Positions 29,403 through 40,370 of a DNA stretch of 64,000 nucleotides are shown here, one piece after another. A program made the position numbers and the translations under genes. Location: NCBI GenBank assembly GCA_947631915.1, contig CANRNC010000005.1, positions 23,789 to 87,788 of the forward strand, in the 5' to 3' direction. Position 1 is the first letter of the stretch. Each line of letters opens with the position of its first letter. This DNA is from an uncultured Clostridia bacterium (GTDB taxonomy: Bacteria > Bacillota > Clostridia > TANB77 > CAG-508). The notes below the pieces were generated by a model. The model was not told where the DNA came from. It searched no databases and worked only from the letters and a program-made list of their open reading frames with translations.

Positions 29403-31121
29403 ATGAATAAGAAATTATATGAATATATTGAAATTACAGATTTAAAAGATATGTTAAATAAAACAAAAGAGATATATAAAGATAAACCAGCATATAAAAT
29501 AAGAATTGGAGAAGGTAAGTATAAGATATTTACACACGGCGAAGTAAGAAATATGGTAAATAGTTTAGGAACTGCATTAATAAATTTAGGGCTAAAAGGA
29601 AAAAGAATAGCAGTTATCGGAGAAAACAGATATGAATGGGAAATAGCATATTTATCAATAGTATGTGGAACAGGAATAGTAGTACCTCTAGATAAATCTT
29701 TACCAGAAAACGAATTACAAGACTTAATAGAAAGGTCAGAAATTGAAGCAATATTCTATTCTAACAAATATGCAGAAGCTATCGAAAGAATTAAATATAG
29801 TGAAAAAAACAAATTAAAGCATTTAATAGCAATGGATTTGCCAGTACACTCTGAAGGAGTATATTCAGAGCAAGAATTAATTGAAAGAGGAAAAAAATTA
29901 ATAGAAAATGGTAATAGAGAATTTTTAGATGCTAAAATAGATCCAAATGAAATGAGTATAATGCTATTTACTTCAGGAACAACATCTAAATCTAAAGTAG
30001 TAGCATTATCACACAAAAATATATGTTCAAACTTGATGGATATAGCAAGTATTTTAGATGTTACTTCAGAAGATACGTTGCTTTCAGTTTTGCCGATACA
30101 TCATGTATTTGAATGTACAGTGGGATTTCTGTTTTCATTATATAAAGGGGCACAAACTGTATTTTGTGATGGTATAAGGCATGTAGTAGAAAATTTAAAT
30201 GAATATCAAGTTTCGGTAATGGCATGTGTACCAGCTATATATGAAAGAATTTTTGCAATAATTAGAAAAAAATTAGAAAAGCAAGGTAAAGTAGAAAAAA
30301 TATTAGAAGATGAAGAAAAATATAGAAATGCTTCTATGGACGAAAAAAAAGAAATTTTTAAAGAAATACATGATATGCTTGGAGGAAAAGTAAAACTGTT
30401 CATAAGTGGAGCGGCATCATTAGATACAAAAATAGAAGAAAAATATAGATTATTAGGATTAAATTTAGTTCAAGGTTATGGACTAACAGAAACCTCTCCG
30501 GTTGTGGGGATAGGAAGTAATAAATATAATAAAATAGGCTCAATAGGAAAAGCAGTTCCGAGTGTTCAAGTAAAATTATCAGATGTAAATAGTGAAGGAA
30601 TAGGAGAATTACTTGTAAAAGGACCAAGTATAATGCTTGGATATTATGAAAATGAAGAAGCTACAAAAGAAGTGATGGAAAATGAATGGTTTCATACAGG
30701 AGATTTAGCTAGAATAGACGAGGAAGGATATATATTTATCTGTGGAAGGAAGAAAAGTGTAATAGTTCTAAAAAATGGAAAAAATATTTTTCCAGAAGAA
30801 ATGGAAAATTTAGTAAACAAAATAGAAGGTGTAACAGAATCTTTTATTTTTGGAAAGCAACAGACAGAGGATAAAGATAACATTAAAATAAATGTAAAGA
30901 TAGTATTTGATAGAGAAATAGTAAAAGAAGTTTATAAGGTTGAAACAGATGAAGAAATATATAGTGCCCTATCAAAAGAAATAAAAGAAATAAATAAAAC
31001 AATGCCAAGATATAAATCAATTAGAGGAATGATATTAACAGAAGAACCATTAATAAAAACTACAACAAATAAAATAAAAAGGCAGGAAAATTTAGATGCA
31101 ATTACAAAACTTAAAAACTAG
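29403..31121 (+). CDS. Long-chain acyl-CoA synthetase-like AMP ligase paralog 2 (intact)
   Basis: AMP-binding motif LFTSGTTSKSK, GYGLTETSP, C-terminal KTTTNKIKR; 572 aa. Confidence 0.8.
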   Translation: MNKKLYEYIEITDLKDMLNKTKEIYKDKPAYKIRIGEGKYKIFTHGEVRNMVNSLGTALINLGLKGKRIAVIGENRYEWEIAYLSIVCGTGIVVPLDKSLPENELQDLIERSEIEAIFYSNKYAEAIERIKYSEKNKLKHLIAMDLPVHSEGVYSEQELIERGKKLIENGNREFLDAKIDPNEMSIMLFTSGTTSKSKVVALSHKNICSNLMDIASILDVTSEDTLLSVLPIHHVFECTVGFLFSLYKGAQTVFCDGIRHVVENLNEYQVSVMACVPAIYERIFAIIRKKLEKQGKVEKILEDEEKYRNASMDEKKEIFKEIHDMLGGKVKLFISGAASLDTKIEEKYRLLGLNLVQGYGLTETSPVVGIGSNKYNKIGSIGKAVPSVQVKLSDVNSEGIGELLVKGPSIMLGYYENEEATKEVMENEWFHTGDLARIDEEGYIFICGRKKSVIVLKNGKNIFPEEMENLVNKIEGVTESFIFGKQQTEDKDNIKINVKIVFDREIVKEVYKVETDEEIYSALSKEIKEINKTMPRYKSIRGMILTEEPLIKTTTNKIKRQENLDAITKLKN

Positions 31122-31674
31122 TTTTCTAGGTAAAACTATTATTTATTATGAAAAAATTGATTCAACTCAAGATGAGATATGGAGAAAAATACATAATAAA
31201 ACTATAATAAATGGAACTGTAGTTATAGCAAATATTCAGACGAGAGGAAAAGGAACTCATGGAAGAGTATGGCATACCGATGATAATGGAAATATAGCAT
31301 TTTCGTTTTTTGTAGAAATGAACTATAACATAAAGGTTTTAAATGGGATAACTATAAAAATTGCAAAAATCATAGTAGATATTTTTAATAATAAATATGG
31401 AATAAAATTGGAAATAAAAGAACCAAATGATATAGTATTCAAAGGAAAAAAGTTAGGAGGAATTCTAACAGAGACTGTTTTAAAAGGTGAGATTGTTAAA
31501 TATTTAGTAGTAGGAATTGGAATAAACACCAATAAAAAAATTTTTACAAAAGATATAGAAAATATTGCAACATCAATAAAAAAAGAATTTAACATAGAAA
31601 TAAACACTCAAGAGTTCATATCAGAATTTTGTAATAAGTTTGAAGAGGAATTATTAAAAAGGATGTGTAATTAA
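31096..31674 (+). CDS. birA: Biotin--[acetyl-CoA-carboxylase] ligase, group I (no DNA-binding domain)
   Basis: QTRGKGTHGRVWH (GRGRxGRxW-type) and KGKKLGGIL; overlaps upstream gene by 26 nt. Confidence 0.8.
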   Translation: MQLQNLKTSFLGKTIIYYEKIDSTQDEIWRKIHNKTIINGTVVIANIQTRGKGTHGRVWHTDDNGNIAFSFFVEMNYNIKVLNGITIKIAKIIVDIFNNKYGIKLEIKEPNDIVFKGKKLGGILTETVLKGEIVKYLVVGIGINTNKKIFTKDIENIATSIKKEFNIEINTQEFISEFCNKFEEELLKRMCN

Positions 31675-31675
31675 A

Positions 31676-32611
31676 ATGAAAATAGGATTTTTGTTTCCTG
31701 GACAGGGAGCACAGAGTGTAGGAATGGGAAAGGATATATATGAAGAATATGATAAGGCAAGAGTTATATATGATAAAGTAAAAGAAATAACAGGTATAGA
31801 CATAGCGAGAATATCTTTTGATGGACCAGAAGAAGTATTAAATGAAACCAAATATACACAACTTGCAATACTTACAATGAGTTTAGCAATTTTAAATATT
31901 CTTAAGCAAAGTAATATCAGACCAGATATATCTGCAGGTTTAAGTCTAGGAGAATATACGGCATTAATTAATAGCAATGTATTTTCATTTGAAGAAGGAG
32001 TTAAACTTGTTCAAAAAAGAGGAGAATATATGCAAAATCTTCTACCTAGCGGAGAATGGCAAATGGCAGCGATTATTGGAATGACGGAGGAACAAGTAGA
32101 AGAAGTATGCAGAAAAGTAAATACAGGATTCGTAGTGCCTGCGAATTACAACTGTACAGGACAGATTGCAATTTCAGGAGAAAAAGAAGCTGTATTAGAA
32201 GCAGAGAAAATTGCAAAAGCAATGGGAGCTAAAAAGGTTATAGTTTTAAAAACATCAGGACCATTTCATACTGAAAAATTAACAGAAAGCTCAAAGGCTT
32301 TAAGAAAAGAACTTGAAAAAGTTACTATAAATAAATTTGATACTAGAGTAATCAAAAATTTAGATGGAGAGCTTTATAGAGATGATGATGATATAAGAGA
32401 TATCTTATCAAAGCATATCATAAATCCAGTAAGATTTTCTAAAACAATAAAAACAATGTTAAATGAAGGTATTGACACATTTATAGAAATAGGACCGGGA
32501 AAAACATTATCAGGATTTGTAAAAAGAATGCAAGAAGATAAAAATATAACAATATTAAATATTAATAATGTAGAAAATTTAAAGAGTACAATAGATTTAA
32601 TTATAAAATAG
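31676..32611 (+). CDS. fabD: Malonyl CoA-ACP transacylase
   Basis: FPGQGAQ and GLSLGEY active-site motifs. Confidence 0.92.
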   Translation: MKIGFLFPGQGAQSVGMGKDIYEEYDKARVIYDKVKEITGIDIARISFDGPEEVLNETKYTQLAILTMSLAILNILKQSNIRPDISAGLSLGEYTALINSNVFSFEEGVKLVQKRGEYMQNLLPSGEWQMAAIIGMTEEQVEEVCRKVNTGFVVPANYNCTGQIAISGEKEAVLEAEKIAKAMGAKKVIVLKTSGPFHTEKLTESSKALRKELEKVTINKFDTRVIKNLDGELYRDDDDIRDILSKHIINPVRFSKTIKTMLNEGIDTFIEIGPGKTLSGFVKRMQEDKNITILNINNVENLKSTIDLIIK

Positions 32612-32657
32612 TAGAATAATGTATATCTATAAAATACAAATAAGGAGAAGATGAAAT

Positions 32658-33392
32658 ATGAATAAAATTGCATTTATAACTGGAGGTACACGTGGAATAG
32701 GAAAACAAATAGCAATAACACTTGCAAAAAATGGATATGACATTGCAGTTAATTACAGAACAGAAAATGAGGCTTTAATAAATACAAAAAAAGAAATAGA
32801 AGAAGAAAAAGTTCAATGTTTGGCAGTACAAGGAGATGTTTCTAATTTTGAAGATTGTGAAAGAATGATAAAGGAAATTATAAATAAATTCGAAAAAATT
32901 GATGTATTAGTAAATAATGCAGGAATTACTAAAGATATGCTATTAATGAGAATGAAAAAAGAAGATTTCCAAGAAGTAATTGATATAAATTTAGTTGGAA
33001 CATTTAATGTAACCAAAAATGTTATTCAATATATGATGAAAGCACGTTCAGGTAGAATAATAAATTTATCATCTATAGTAGGAATTGCAGGTAATGCTGG
33101 ACAAACAAATTATTCTGCTTCAAAAGCAGGAATAATTGGATTTACAAAAAGTTTGGCAAAAGAAGTAGCATCAAGAAATATATTAGTAAATGCAATAGCA
33201 CCAGGATTTATAGAAACAGATATGACAAACATATTAAAAGATGAAGTTAAGGAAGAAATTGCAAAATCAATACCTTTAAAAAGAATGGGAAAAGTAGAAG
33301 ATGTTGCAAATTTAGTAAAATTCTTATCATCTGAAGAAAGTTCATATATTACTGGTCAAGTCATCAATGTAGATGGTGGAATGGTAATGTAG
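32658..33392 (+). CDS. fabG: 3-oxoacyl-ACP reductase
   Basis: SDR TGGTRGIG, YSASKAG. Confidence 0.9.
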   Translation: MNKIAFITGGTRGIGKQIAITLAKNGYDIAVNYRTENEALINTKKEIEEEKVQCLAVQGDVSNFEDCERMIKEIINKFEKIDVLVNNAGITKDMLLMRMKKEDFQEVIDINLVGTFNVTKNVIQYMMKARSGRIINLSSIVGIAGNAGQTNYSASKAGIIGFTKSLAKEVASRNILVNAIAPGFIETDMTNILKDEVKEEIAKSIPLKRMGKVEDVANLVKFLSSEESSYITGQVINVDGGMVM

Positions 33393-33435
33393 TATTTATA
33401 TTATACATAAAATAATAAGAAGAAAGGAAAGCAAT

Positions 33436-34674
33436 ATGGAAAAGAGAGTTGTAATTACAGGTTTAGGAGCGATAACTCCAATAGGAAAAAATGTAGCAGA
33501 AACATGGGAAGGAATAGAGAATAAAACTTGTGGAATTGATAAGATTTCTTTATTTGACACTTCGAACTTTAAAACGACATTAGCAGCAGAAGTTAAGAAT
33601 TATAACCCATTAGATTATTTCGAACCAAAGCAAGCAAAAAGATTTGATAGATCATCTCAATTTGCAATTATTTCTGCAAGAGAAGCAGTAAAAGATAGTG
33701 GAATAGCAAAAGAAAATACGGACTATGATAGAGTGGGGATTTTTGTGAGTTCTGGAATTGGAGGATTATCAACTATTCAAGAACAATGCGAGATAAATTA
33801 TATAAAAGGTAATAATAGAGTTTCTCCAATGTTTATACCCATGGCAATAGCAAATATGCCTGCAGGTAATATTGCTATAGAATTTGGATTTAAAGGAGAA
33901 TCAGTATCAATAGTAACGGCATGTGCTTCTTCAACACATGCTATAGGAGAGGCATATAAAACTATAAAATATGGATATGAAGATGTAATTATAGCAGGTG
34001 GAACAGAAGCCTCAATATGTCCAATTGGTATTGCAGGCTTTGAAAATATGAAGGCTTTACATACAGGAAATGACAAAACAAGAGCAAGTATCCCTTTTGA
34101 TAAAGAAAGAAGCGGATTTGTAATGGGAGAAGGATCAGGAATGGTTATACTTGAGGAATTAGAACATGCAAAAGCAAGAGGAGCTAAAATTTATGCAGAG
34201 ATTATAGGATTTGGCTCTACTACAGATGCATATCATATAACTTCACCAGATCCAGAAGGTAATGCAGGAGCAAAAGCCATGATTAGAGCAATAGAAGATG
34301 CAAAAATTAAACCAGAAAATATTGACTATATAAATGCTCATGGAACTTCTACACATCTGAATGATTCCACAGAAACATTAGCTATCAAAAAGGCACTAGG
34401 AGATGCAAGCAAAAAAGTAATGATAAGTTCAACTAAAGGAAATATAGGGCATTTACTAGGAGCAGCAGGAGGAGTTGAAGCAGTGTTAAGTGTCAAAGCA
34501 ATTGAAAATCAGCTTGCACCAGCAACAATAAATTATAGAGAAAAAGATGAAGAATGTGATTTGGATATTATACCTAATGGGCCAAGAAAATCAAAAATAA
34601 ATATAGTAATGTCAAATTCGTTGGGATTTGGAGGACATAATGCTTGTATTATAATAAAGAAATTTGAAAATTAG
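33436..34674 (+). CDS. fabF: 3-oxoacyl-ACP synthase II
   Basis: KAS active-site triad. Confidence 0.92.
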   Translation: MEKRVVITGLGAITPIGKNVAETWEGIENKTCGIDKISLFDTSNFKTTLAAEVKNYNPLDYFEPKQAKRFDRSSQFAIISAREAVKDSGIAKENTDYDRVGIFVSSGIGGLSTIQEQCEINYIKGNNRVSPMFIPMAIANMPAGNIAIEFGFKGESVSIVTACASSTHAIGEAYKTIKYGYEDVIIAGGTEASICPIGIAGFENMKALHTGNDKTRASIPFDKERSGFVMGEGSGMVILEELEHAKARGAKIYAEIIGFGSTTDAYHITSPDPEGNAGAKAMIRAIEDAKIKPENIDYINAHGTSTHLNDSTETLAIKKALGDASKKVMISSTKGNIGHLLGAAGGVEAVLSVKAIENQLAPATINYREKDEECDLDIIPNGPRKSKINIVMSNSLGFGGHNACIIIKKFEN

Positions 34675-34687
34675 GAGGGAATTATAA

Positions 34688-35122
34688 ATGGAATATGAAA
34701 AAATAGAACAATTAATTGATCATGTAGGAAATTCTAAATTAACATCGATTGATATAAATTTTCCGGACGGTACTAGAATTAGTATGAAAAAAGATCCAAA
34801 ACAAGAAAATGTTGTTGTAAGTCAAGAAGTAAAAAAAGATGTATCAACAGAAACTAAAGTAGTCGAATTACAGGACAGACAAGATGTTGCAAATGTGGTA
34901 AAATCACCTATGGTAGGGACATTTTATACAAAGTCTTCTCCAACGTCAGAACCATATGTTGAAATAGGAAAAACAGTAAAAAAAGGAGATATACTTTGTA
35001 TAATAGAGGCAATGAAATTAATGAATGAAATCGAATCAGAATTTTCAGGAGAAATAGTAGAAATTTTAGTAAAAAATGGAGATACAGTAGAATACGGAAC
35101 GCCTTTATTTAGAATCAAATAG
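34688..35122 (+). CDS. accB: Biotin carboxyl carrier protein of ACC
   Basis: EAMKLMNEI biotinyl-lysine motif. Confidence 0.9.
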   Translation: MEYEKIEQLIDHVGNSKLTSIDINFPDGTRISMKKDPKQENVVVSQEVKKDVSTETKVVELQDRQDVANVVKSPMVGTFYTKSSPTSEPYVEIGKTVKKGDILCIIEAMKLMNEIESEFSGEIVEILVKNGDTVEYGTPLFRIK

Positions 35123-35138
35123 AGAAGGGAAAAAAGAA

Positions 35139-35561
35139 ATGTTAAATAGAGAAGAAATAAAAAATATTATTCCACAAAGAGAGCCATTTCTGATGATTGA
35201 CGAAGTAGAAGAATATATATCAGGAGAAAGCGCAACAGCATATAAAAACGTAGATGAAAATGAATGGTATTTTAAAGGTCATTTTCCAGGAAATCCAATA
35301 ATGCCAGGTGTATTAATAGTGGAAGCACTTGCACAAACAGGAGCAGTTGCAATTCTATCAATGGAAGAAAATAAAGGAAAAAACGCTTTATTTGGCGGAA
35401 TTGATAAAGTGAAATTTAAAAAAATGGTAGTACCAGGAGATAGATTAAAATTGGAAGTTAAAATTATAAAACGAAAAGGACTAATAGGAGTGGGTGAAGC
35501 AATAGCAACGGTCAATGGAGTTTTAGTAGCAAAAGGAGAATTAACTTTTGCAATAGTTTAA
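35139..35561 (+). CDS. fabZ: 3-hydroxyacyl-ACP dehydratase
   Basis: [20 protein letters not shown] hot-dog motif. Confidence 0.92.
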   Translation: MLNREEIKNIIPQREPFLMIDEVEEYISGESATAYKNVDENEWYFKGHFPGNPIMPGVLIVEALAQTGAVAILSMEENKGKNALFGGIDKVKFKKMVVPGDRLKLEVKIIKRKGLIGVGEAIATVNGVLVAKGELTFAIV

Positions 35562-35631
35562 AAAACAATCGTCAATAATAATTCTTTTTTAAACTAGAGT
35601 AACTTTTCTAGAAAGGAGATGCAAGATTCCA

Positions 35632-36996
35632 ATGAATAAAATATTAATTGCAAACAGAGGAGAGATTGCAGTTAGAATAATTAGAGCTTGTAAAGAAATG
35701 AATATTAAAACTGTTGCAGTTTATTCGGAGGTGGACAAAGATGCATTACATACAAGATTAGCAGATGAGGCAATTTGTATTGGACCGGCAGTAGCAACAA
35801 AGAGTTATTTAAACATAAAAAATATTATAGAAGCTGCATATTTAACAGGAAGCGATAGTATTCACCCTGGGTTTGGATTTTTATCTGAAAATGCAGAATT
35901 CGCTAAAATATGTGAAGAGTCTAATATAAAATTTATAGGACCTAGTTCAAAGGTAATAAATTTATTAGGCAACAAATCTAACAGTAAAGAAATTATGAAA
36001 GAAGCAGGAGTTCCAGTTATTCCTGGTTCAGAAGGAAGCGTAAAAGGATTAAACGATGCTATCACTATTGCAGAACAAATAGGATATCCAGTTATGTTAA
36101 AAGCAGCAGCAGGTGGTGGAGGAAAAGGAATAAGAATAGTAAATACTAGTAGTGAACTAGAAACAAATTATAATATAGTGAAGCAAGAAGCCAAAAATTC
36201 CTTTAATGATGATGAAATTTACATTGAAAAATATATAAAGAATCCTAGACATGTTGAAATTCAGATATTAGCTGATGAACATGGCAATGTTGTCCATTTA
36301 GGTGAGAGAGATTGTTCAATTCAAAGAAGACATCAAAAAATAATTGAGGAGACCCCATCTACAATTATAGATGATAAATTAAGGAATAAAATGGGAAATA
36401 CAGCAATAAAAGTAGCGAAAGTTGCAGGATATACAAGTTGTGGAACAGTAGAGTTTTTAGTCGATGATGATAAGAACTTCTATTTTATGGAGATGAATAC
36501 AAGAATTCAAGTTGAACATCCAATAACTGAAATGAGAACAGGAATAGATATTGTAAAAGAACAAATAAGAATTGCTGCAGGAGAGGAATTAAAATTTAAA
36601 CAAAAAGAAATAGAATTTAAAGGACATTCTATAGAATGTAGAATAAATGCAGAAAATCCTATGAAAAATTTTATGCCTTGTCCAGGAAAAATAAATGAAA
36701 TAAATCTTCCAGGAGGTAATGGTGTAAGGGTAGATACAGCAATATATAATGGATATACAATACCAGCTAACTACGATTCAATGATTGCAAAAATCATAAC
36801 ACATGGAGGAACCAGAAATGAAGCAATAGCAAAAATGAAAAGAGCATTACAAGAGTTAGTAATAGATGGTGTTGAAACTAATATAGATTTCATATTTGAT
36901 ATAATAAGAAACCCAGATTTTATTAGAGGTAATTTTAGTACTTCATTTATAGAAGATAAAATATTGAATAGACCAACCATTAAGAAAGAGGATTAG
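35632..36996 (+). CDS. accC: Biotin carboxylase
   Basis: ATP-grasp biotin carboxylase motifs. Confidence 0.93.
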   Translation: MNKILIANRGEIAVRIIRACKEMNIKTVAVYSEVDKDALHTRLADEAICIGPAVATKSYLNIKNIIEAAYLTGSDSIHPGFGFLSENAEFAKICEESNIKFIGPSSKVINLLGNKSNSKEIMKEAGVPVIPGSEGSVKGLNDAITIAEQIGYPVMLKAAAGGGGKGIRIVNTSSELETNYNIVKQEAKNSFNDDEIYIEKYIKNPRHVEIQILADEHGNVVHLGERDCSIQRRHQKIIEETPSTIIDDKLRNKMGNTAIKVAKVAGYTSCGTVEFLVDDDKNFYFMEMNTRIQVEHPITEMRTGIDIVKEQIRIAAGEELKFKQKEIEFKGHSIECRINAENPMKNFMPCPGKINEINLPGGNGVRVDTAIYNGYTIPANYDSMIAKIITHGGTRNEAIAKMKRALQELVIDGVETNIDFIFDIIRNPDFIRGNFSTSFIEDKILNRPTIKKED

Positions 36997-36998
36997 AG

Positions 36999-37859
36999 AT
37001 GATTGTTGATAAAATAAAAAAACAAGAAACAAAGAATATTAAAAACAGAAAATCTAATATTGATATTCCGATAGGTAAATGGATTAAATGTGATAGTTGT
37101 AAAGAAATCATATATAAAGAAGCAGTTAGGAAAAATTTAAATATTTGCCCTAATTGTGGTCATTATTTTAGAATGCATATAGGAAAAAGGTTAGAACTTA
37201 TAATAGATGAAGGTACTTATAAAAGATTTGATATAAATATAGATACTACTAATCCTCTACAACTAGAAGACTATCCTAAAAAATTAAAAAGTTTAAGAGA
37301 AAAAACCGGACTTGAAGAAGCAGTAAGTTGTGGTACAGGAAATATAAATGGAGAGAAAGTAGTAATTTGTGTAATGGATAGCGCTTTTTTAATGGGAAGT
37401 ATGGGAATTGTGGTAGGAGAAAAGATTACATATAGTATAGAGCAAGCAGTTGAGCAAAAACTGCCACTTATAATATTTTCTGTTTCAGGCGGTGCTAGAA
37501 TGCAAGAAGGTATTATATCATTAATGCAAATGGCAAAAACAACAGCAGCACTCACAAAATTAGATGAAGCAGGACTATTATATATATCAGTATTAACAGA
37601 TCCGACATATGGAGGAGTTACAGCATCTTTTGCAAGTTTAGGAGATATAATTCTTGCAGAGCCAAAAGCTATGATAGGTTTTGCAGGACAAAGAGTTATA
37701 GAACAGACAATAGGAGAGTCATTACCAGAAGGTTTTCAAACCTCCGAATTTTTATTAGAGCATGGATTTATAGATAAAATAGTAGAAAGAAAAGACTTAA
37801 AAGAAACAATCTATAAATTGATAAAGCTAAATAAAGGAGGTGCGGTTAGTAGTGAATAA
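36999..37859 (+). CDS. accD: ACC carboxyltransferase beta
   Basis: N-terminal Zn ribbon CDSC…CPNC, CoA carboxylase beta domain. Confidence 0.9.
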   Translation: MIVDKIKKQETKNIKNRKSNIDIPIGKWIKCDSCKEIIYKEAVRKNLNICPNCGHYFRMHIGKRLELIIDEGTYKRFDINIDTTNPLQLEDYPKKLKSLREKTGLEEAVSCGTGNINGEKVVICVMDSAFLMGSMGIVVGEKITYSIEQAVEQKLPLIIFSVSGGARMQEGIISLMQMAKTTAALTKLDEAGLLYISVLTDPTYGGVTASFASLGDIILAEPKAMIGFAGQRVIEQTIGESLPEGFQTSEFLLEHGFIDKIVERKDLKETIYKLIKLNKGGAVSSE

Positions 37860-38661
37860 GAAAATTACCGCTTGGGAAAAAGTTGAAATAGCAAGAGATC
37901 CTAAAAGAAAAACAGCTTTAGATTATATAGAAGAAATATTTGATGATTTTATAGAATTACATGGAGATAGAAATTTTAAGGATGATAAGGCGATAGTTTG
38001 TGGACTAGCAAGCATTGGAAAACAAAATTTTACAATAGTAGCAGAGCAAAAAGGGCGAACTACAAAAGAAAATATAGAGAGAAACTTTGGAATGCCTAAT
38101 CCAGAAAGTTATAGAAAAGCAATAAGGTTTATGAAACAAGCAGAAAAATTTGGTAGACCAGTAATTACTTTTATAGATACAAAGGGAGCATATCCAGGAA
38201 TAGGTGCAGAAGAAAGAGGTCAAGGAGAAGCTATTGCAAAATCTATGTTTGAAATGGCAAAGTTAAAAGTACCAATAATTGCTATAGTAATAGGTGAAGG
38301 TTCAAGTGGAGGGGCTTTAGCAATAGGAGTAGCAAATAAGATATTTATGTTAGAGAATGCAATTTATTCAATACTTTCACCAGAAGGTTATAGTAGCATT
38401 TTATGGAAGGATTCTAGCAGATTTAAAGAGGCTGCGGAAAAAATGAGATTAACTGCAAAAGATTTATATGATTTGAAGGTAATTGATAAAATAATAAAAG
38501 AGCCAAGTGGAGATAGTGAAGAGAGTTTTAAAAAAATAGTTAATAATTTAAAGAAAGAAATAAAAAATACAATAGAAGAATTAAAGCAATTAGATAAAGA
38601 AAGTATAGTCCAAAAGAGATATGAAAAGTTTAGAAGCATGGGAGAATTTATGAGTTTATAG
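37852..38661 (+). CDS. accA: ACC carboxyltransferase alpha
   Basis: AccA pattern; likely GTG start at 37852 after RBS AAAGGAGG (ORF-track 37840 too close to RBS). Confidence 0.85.
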   Translation: MNKKITAWEKVEIARDPKRKTALDYIEEIFDDFIELHGDRNFKDDKAIVCGLASIGKQNFTIVAEQKGRTTKENIERNFGMPNPESYRKAIRFMKQAEKFGRPVITFIDTKGAYPGIGAEERGQGEAIAKSMFEMAKLKVPIIAIVIGEGSSGGALAIGVANKIFMLENAIYSILSPEGYSSILWKDSSRFKEAAEKMRLTAKDLYDLKVIDKIIKEPSGDSEESFKKIVNNLKKEIKNTIEELKQLDKESIVQKRYEKFRSMGEFMSL

Positions 38662-38672
38662 GAGTGGTAAGA

Positions 38673-39446
38673 ATGTTATTAAAAGATAAGAAAATATTAA
38701 TTATGGGCATAAGAAATAAGTGGAGTATTGCATATGGAATTGCAAAATCTGCTTATGAAAACGGAGCAAAATTAATTTTTACATATATGGGAGAAGAAAA
38801 TAAAGATAAAATAGAAGAATTAATTAATGAATTTGAGGGAAGTAAAGCGTATGTATTAGATGGTGCTTCTGAAGATGAATTAGTTAAAAAAACTTTTTTA
38901 AAAATTAAAGAAGAAAATGGAAAGATTGACGGGCTAGTTCATGCCATAGCACATGCTAATACAGAAGATTTACACAATGATTTTATATTTACAAGTAAAG
39001 AAGGATATGCTCATGCAGTAGATGTAAGCGCTTATTCATTTGTACTTTGTGCAAGAATGGCAAAAGAGTTAGATATGTTAAATGAAAATGCTAATTTAGT
39101 AACTTTAACATATCATGGATCAACAAAAGTGCTAGAAGGATACAATGTTATGGGAGTGGCAAAAGCCGCATTAGAAGCAAGTGTTAGATATTTAGCTGAA
39201 AATTTAGGTAAAGATAGTATAAGGGTAAATGCTATTTCAGCTGGACCTATAAAAACATTATCTGCAAAAGGAATAAAGGACTTTTCATCAATATTAACTG
39301 TAGTGGAGGAAAAATCACCATTACATAGAAATGTTACAACAACACAAGTAGGAAATGTTGCAACATTTCTATTAAGTGATATGTCGGAAGCTATAACAGG
39401 TCAAGTTATATATGCTGATAGTGGATATAATATAATGGGAGTTTAA
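38673..39446 (+). CDS. fabI: Enoyl-ACP reductase (NADH), FabI type
   Basis: GIRNKWSIAYGIAK, Y-x6-K (YNVMGVAK); ATG 38673 after RBS AGGAGTGG. Confidence 0.82.
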   Translation: MLLKDKKILIMGIRNKWSIAYGIAKSAYENGAKLIFTYMGEENKDKIEELINEFEGSKAYVLDGASEDELVKKTFLKIKEENGKIDGLVHAIAHANTEDLHNDFIFTSKEGYAHAVDVSAYSFVLCARMAKELDMLNENANLVTLTYHGSTKVLEGYNVMGVAKAALEASVRYLAENLGKDSIRVNAISAGPIKTLSAKGIKDFSSILTVVEEKSPLHRNVTTTQVGNVATFLLSDMSEAITGQVIYADSGYNIMGV

Positions 39447-39473
39447 TAATATAAAGGGAGGAATGAAAGTAAA

Positions 39474-39716
39474 ATGAATAAAGAAGAAATTTTAGAAAAG
39501 TTAAAAAATATTATTGTGGATCAATTAGGTATTGATAAGGAAAGTGTAACAGAAGAGTCTACATTTGTAGATGATTTAGAAGCGGATTCTCTAGATATTG
39601 TTGAATTAATAATGAATATAGAAGAAGAATTTGAGATTGAAATCCCTGATGCAGATGCAGAAAAGATTGTAACTGTAGGAGATGTAGTAAAATATATAGA
39701 AGAAAATAAACAATAA
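39474..39716 (+). CDS. acpP: Acyl carrier protein
   Basis: [13 protein letters not shown] phosphopantetheine site. Confidence 0.92.
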   Translation: MNKEEILEKLKNIIVDQLGIDKESVTEESTFVDDLEADSLDIVELIMNIEEEFEIEIPDADAEKIVTVGDVVKYIEENKQ

Positions 39717-39723
39717 TTTGTAA

Positions 39724-39760
39724 AAAGGAAGTAATTAACTTGATAATTACTTCCTTTTAT
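39724..39760 (+). terminator. Rho-independent terminator ending the fab/acc operon
   Basis: Perfect 14-bp stem AAAGGAAGTAATTA/TAATTACTTCCTTT, loop ACTTGA, then TTAT. Confidence 0.7.
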
Positions 39761-39809
39761 GGTAATATAAATATCTAGCAAATGTTAGATTGATAAACGA
39801 TAGAAATGG

Positions 39810-40346
39810 ATGATTAATAATATGAAAAAAATATATATTGTGCTAACACACACAGGCACAGCTTTGTCGAAGATTATAAGAAACTATATGAAGGATGAAT
39901 ATACACATGCTTCAATTTCATTAGATGAGGAATTACATGAGATGTATAGTTTCGGGAGATTAAATCCAAATAATCCATTCTGGGGTGGTTTCGTACATGA
40001 ATATATAAACAAAGGTACTTTTAAAAGATTTTACAAAACAAAATCATCAATATATTCTTTAGATATTACAGAAGAACAATATGAAACTATTAAAAATACA
40101 ATAAAGAAAATTCAAGAAGAAAAAGAATTATATAGATTTAATACAATGGGATTATTTGCAGTAGGATTTCATAAAAAAATAATAAAAGAACAATCTTTTT
40201 ACTGTGCAGAATTTGTTAAGTATTTATTAGAAAAAGCAAAAATAAACACAAAGTTGCCAGAAGCAGTGAGACCAGAAAACTTTAAGTATATAAATGGATT
40301 GCAGGAAGTATATAAGGGTCTTTTAAAAAATTATACAATTAGTTAA
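39810..40346 (+). CDS. Putative permuted papain-fold amidase of the YiiX/YaeF (LRAT-like NlpC/P60) family
   Basis: His-first/Cys-second arrangement: …YTHASISLD… and …SFYCAEFV…; cytoplasmic. Confidence 0.4.
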   Translation: MINNMKKIYIVLTHTGTALSKIIRNYMKDEYTHASISLDEELHEMYSFGRLNPNNPFWGGFVHEYINKGTFKRFYKTKSSIYSLDITEEQYETIKNTIKKIQEEKELYRFNTMGLFAVGFHKKIIKEQSFYCAEFVKYLLEKAKINTKLPEAVRPENFKYINGLQEVYKGLLKNYTIS

Positions 40347-40370
40347 CAAATATATAAGGAGGATAAAATA

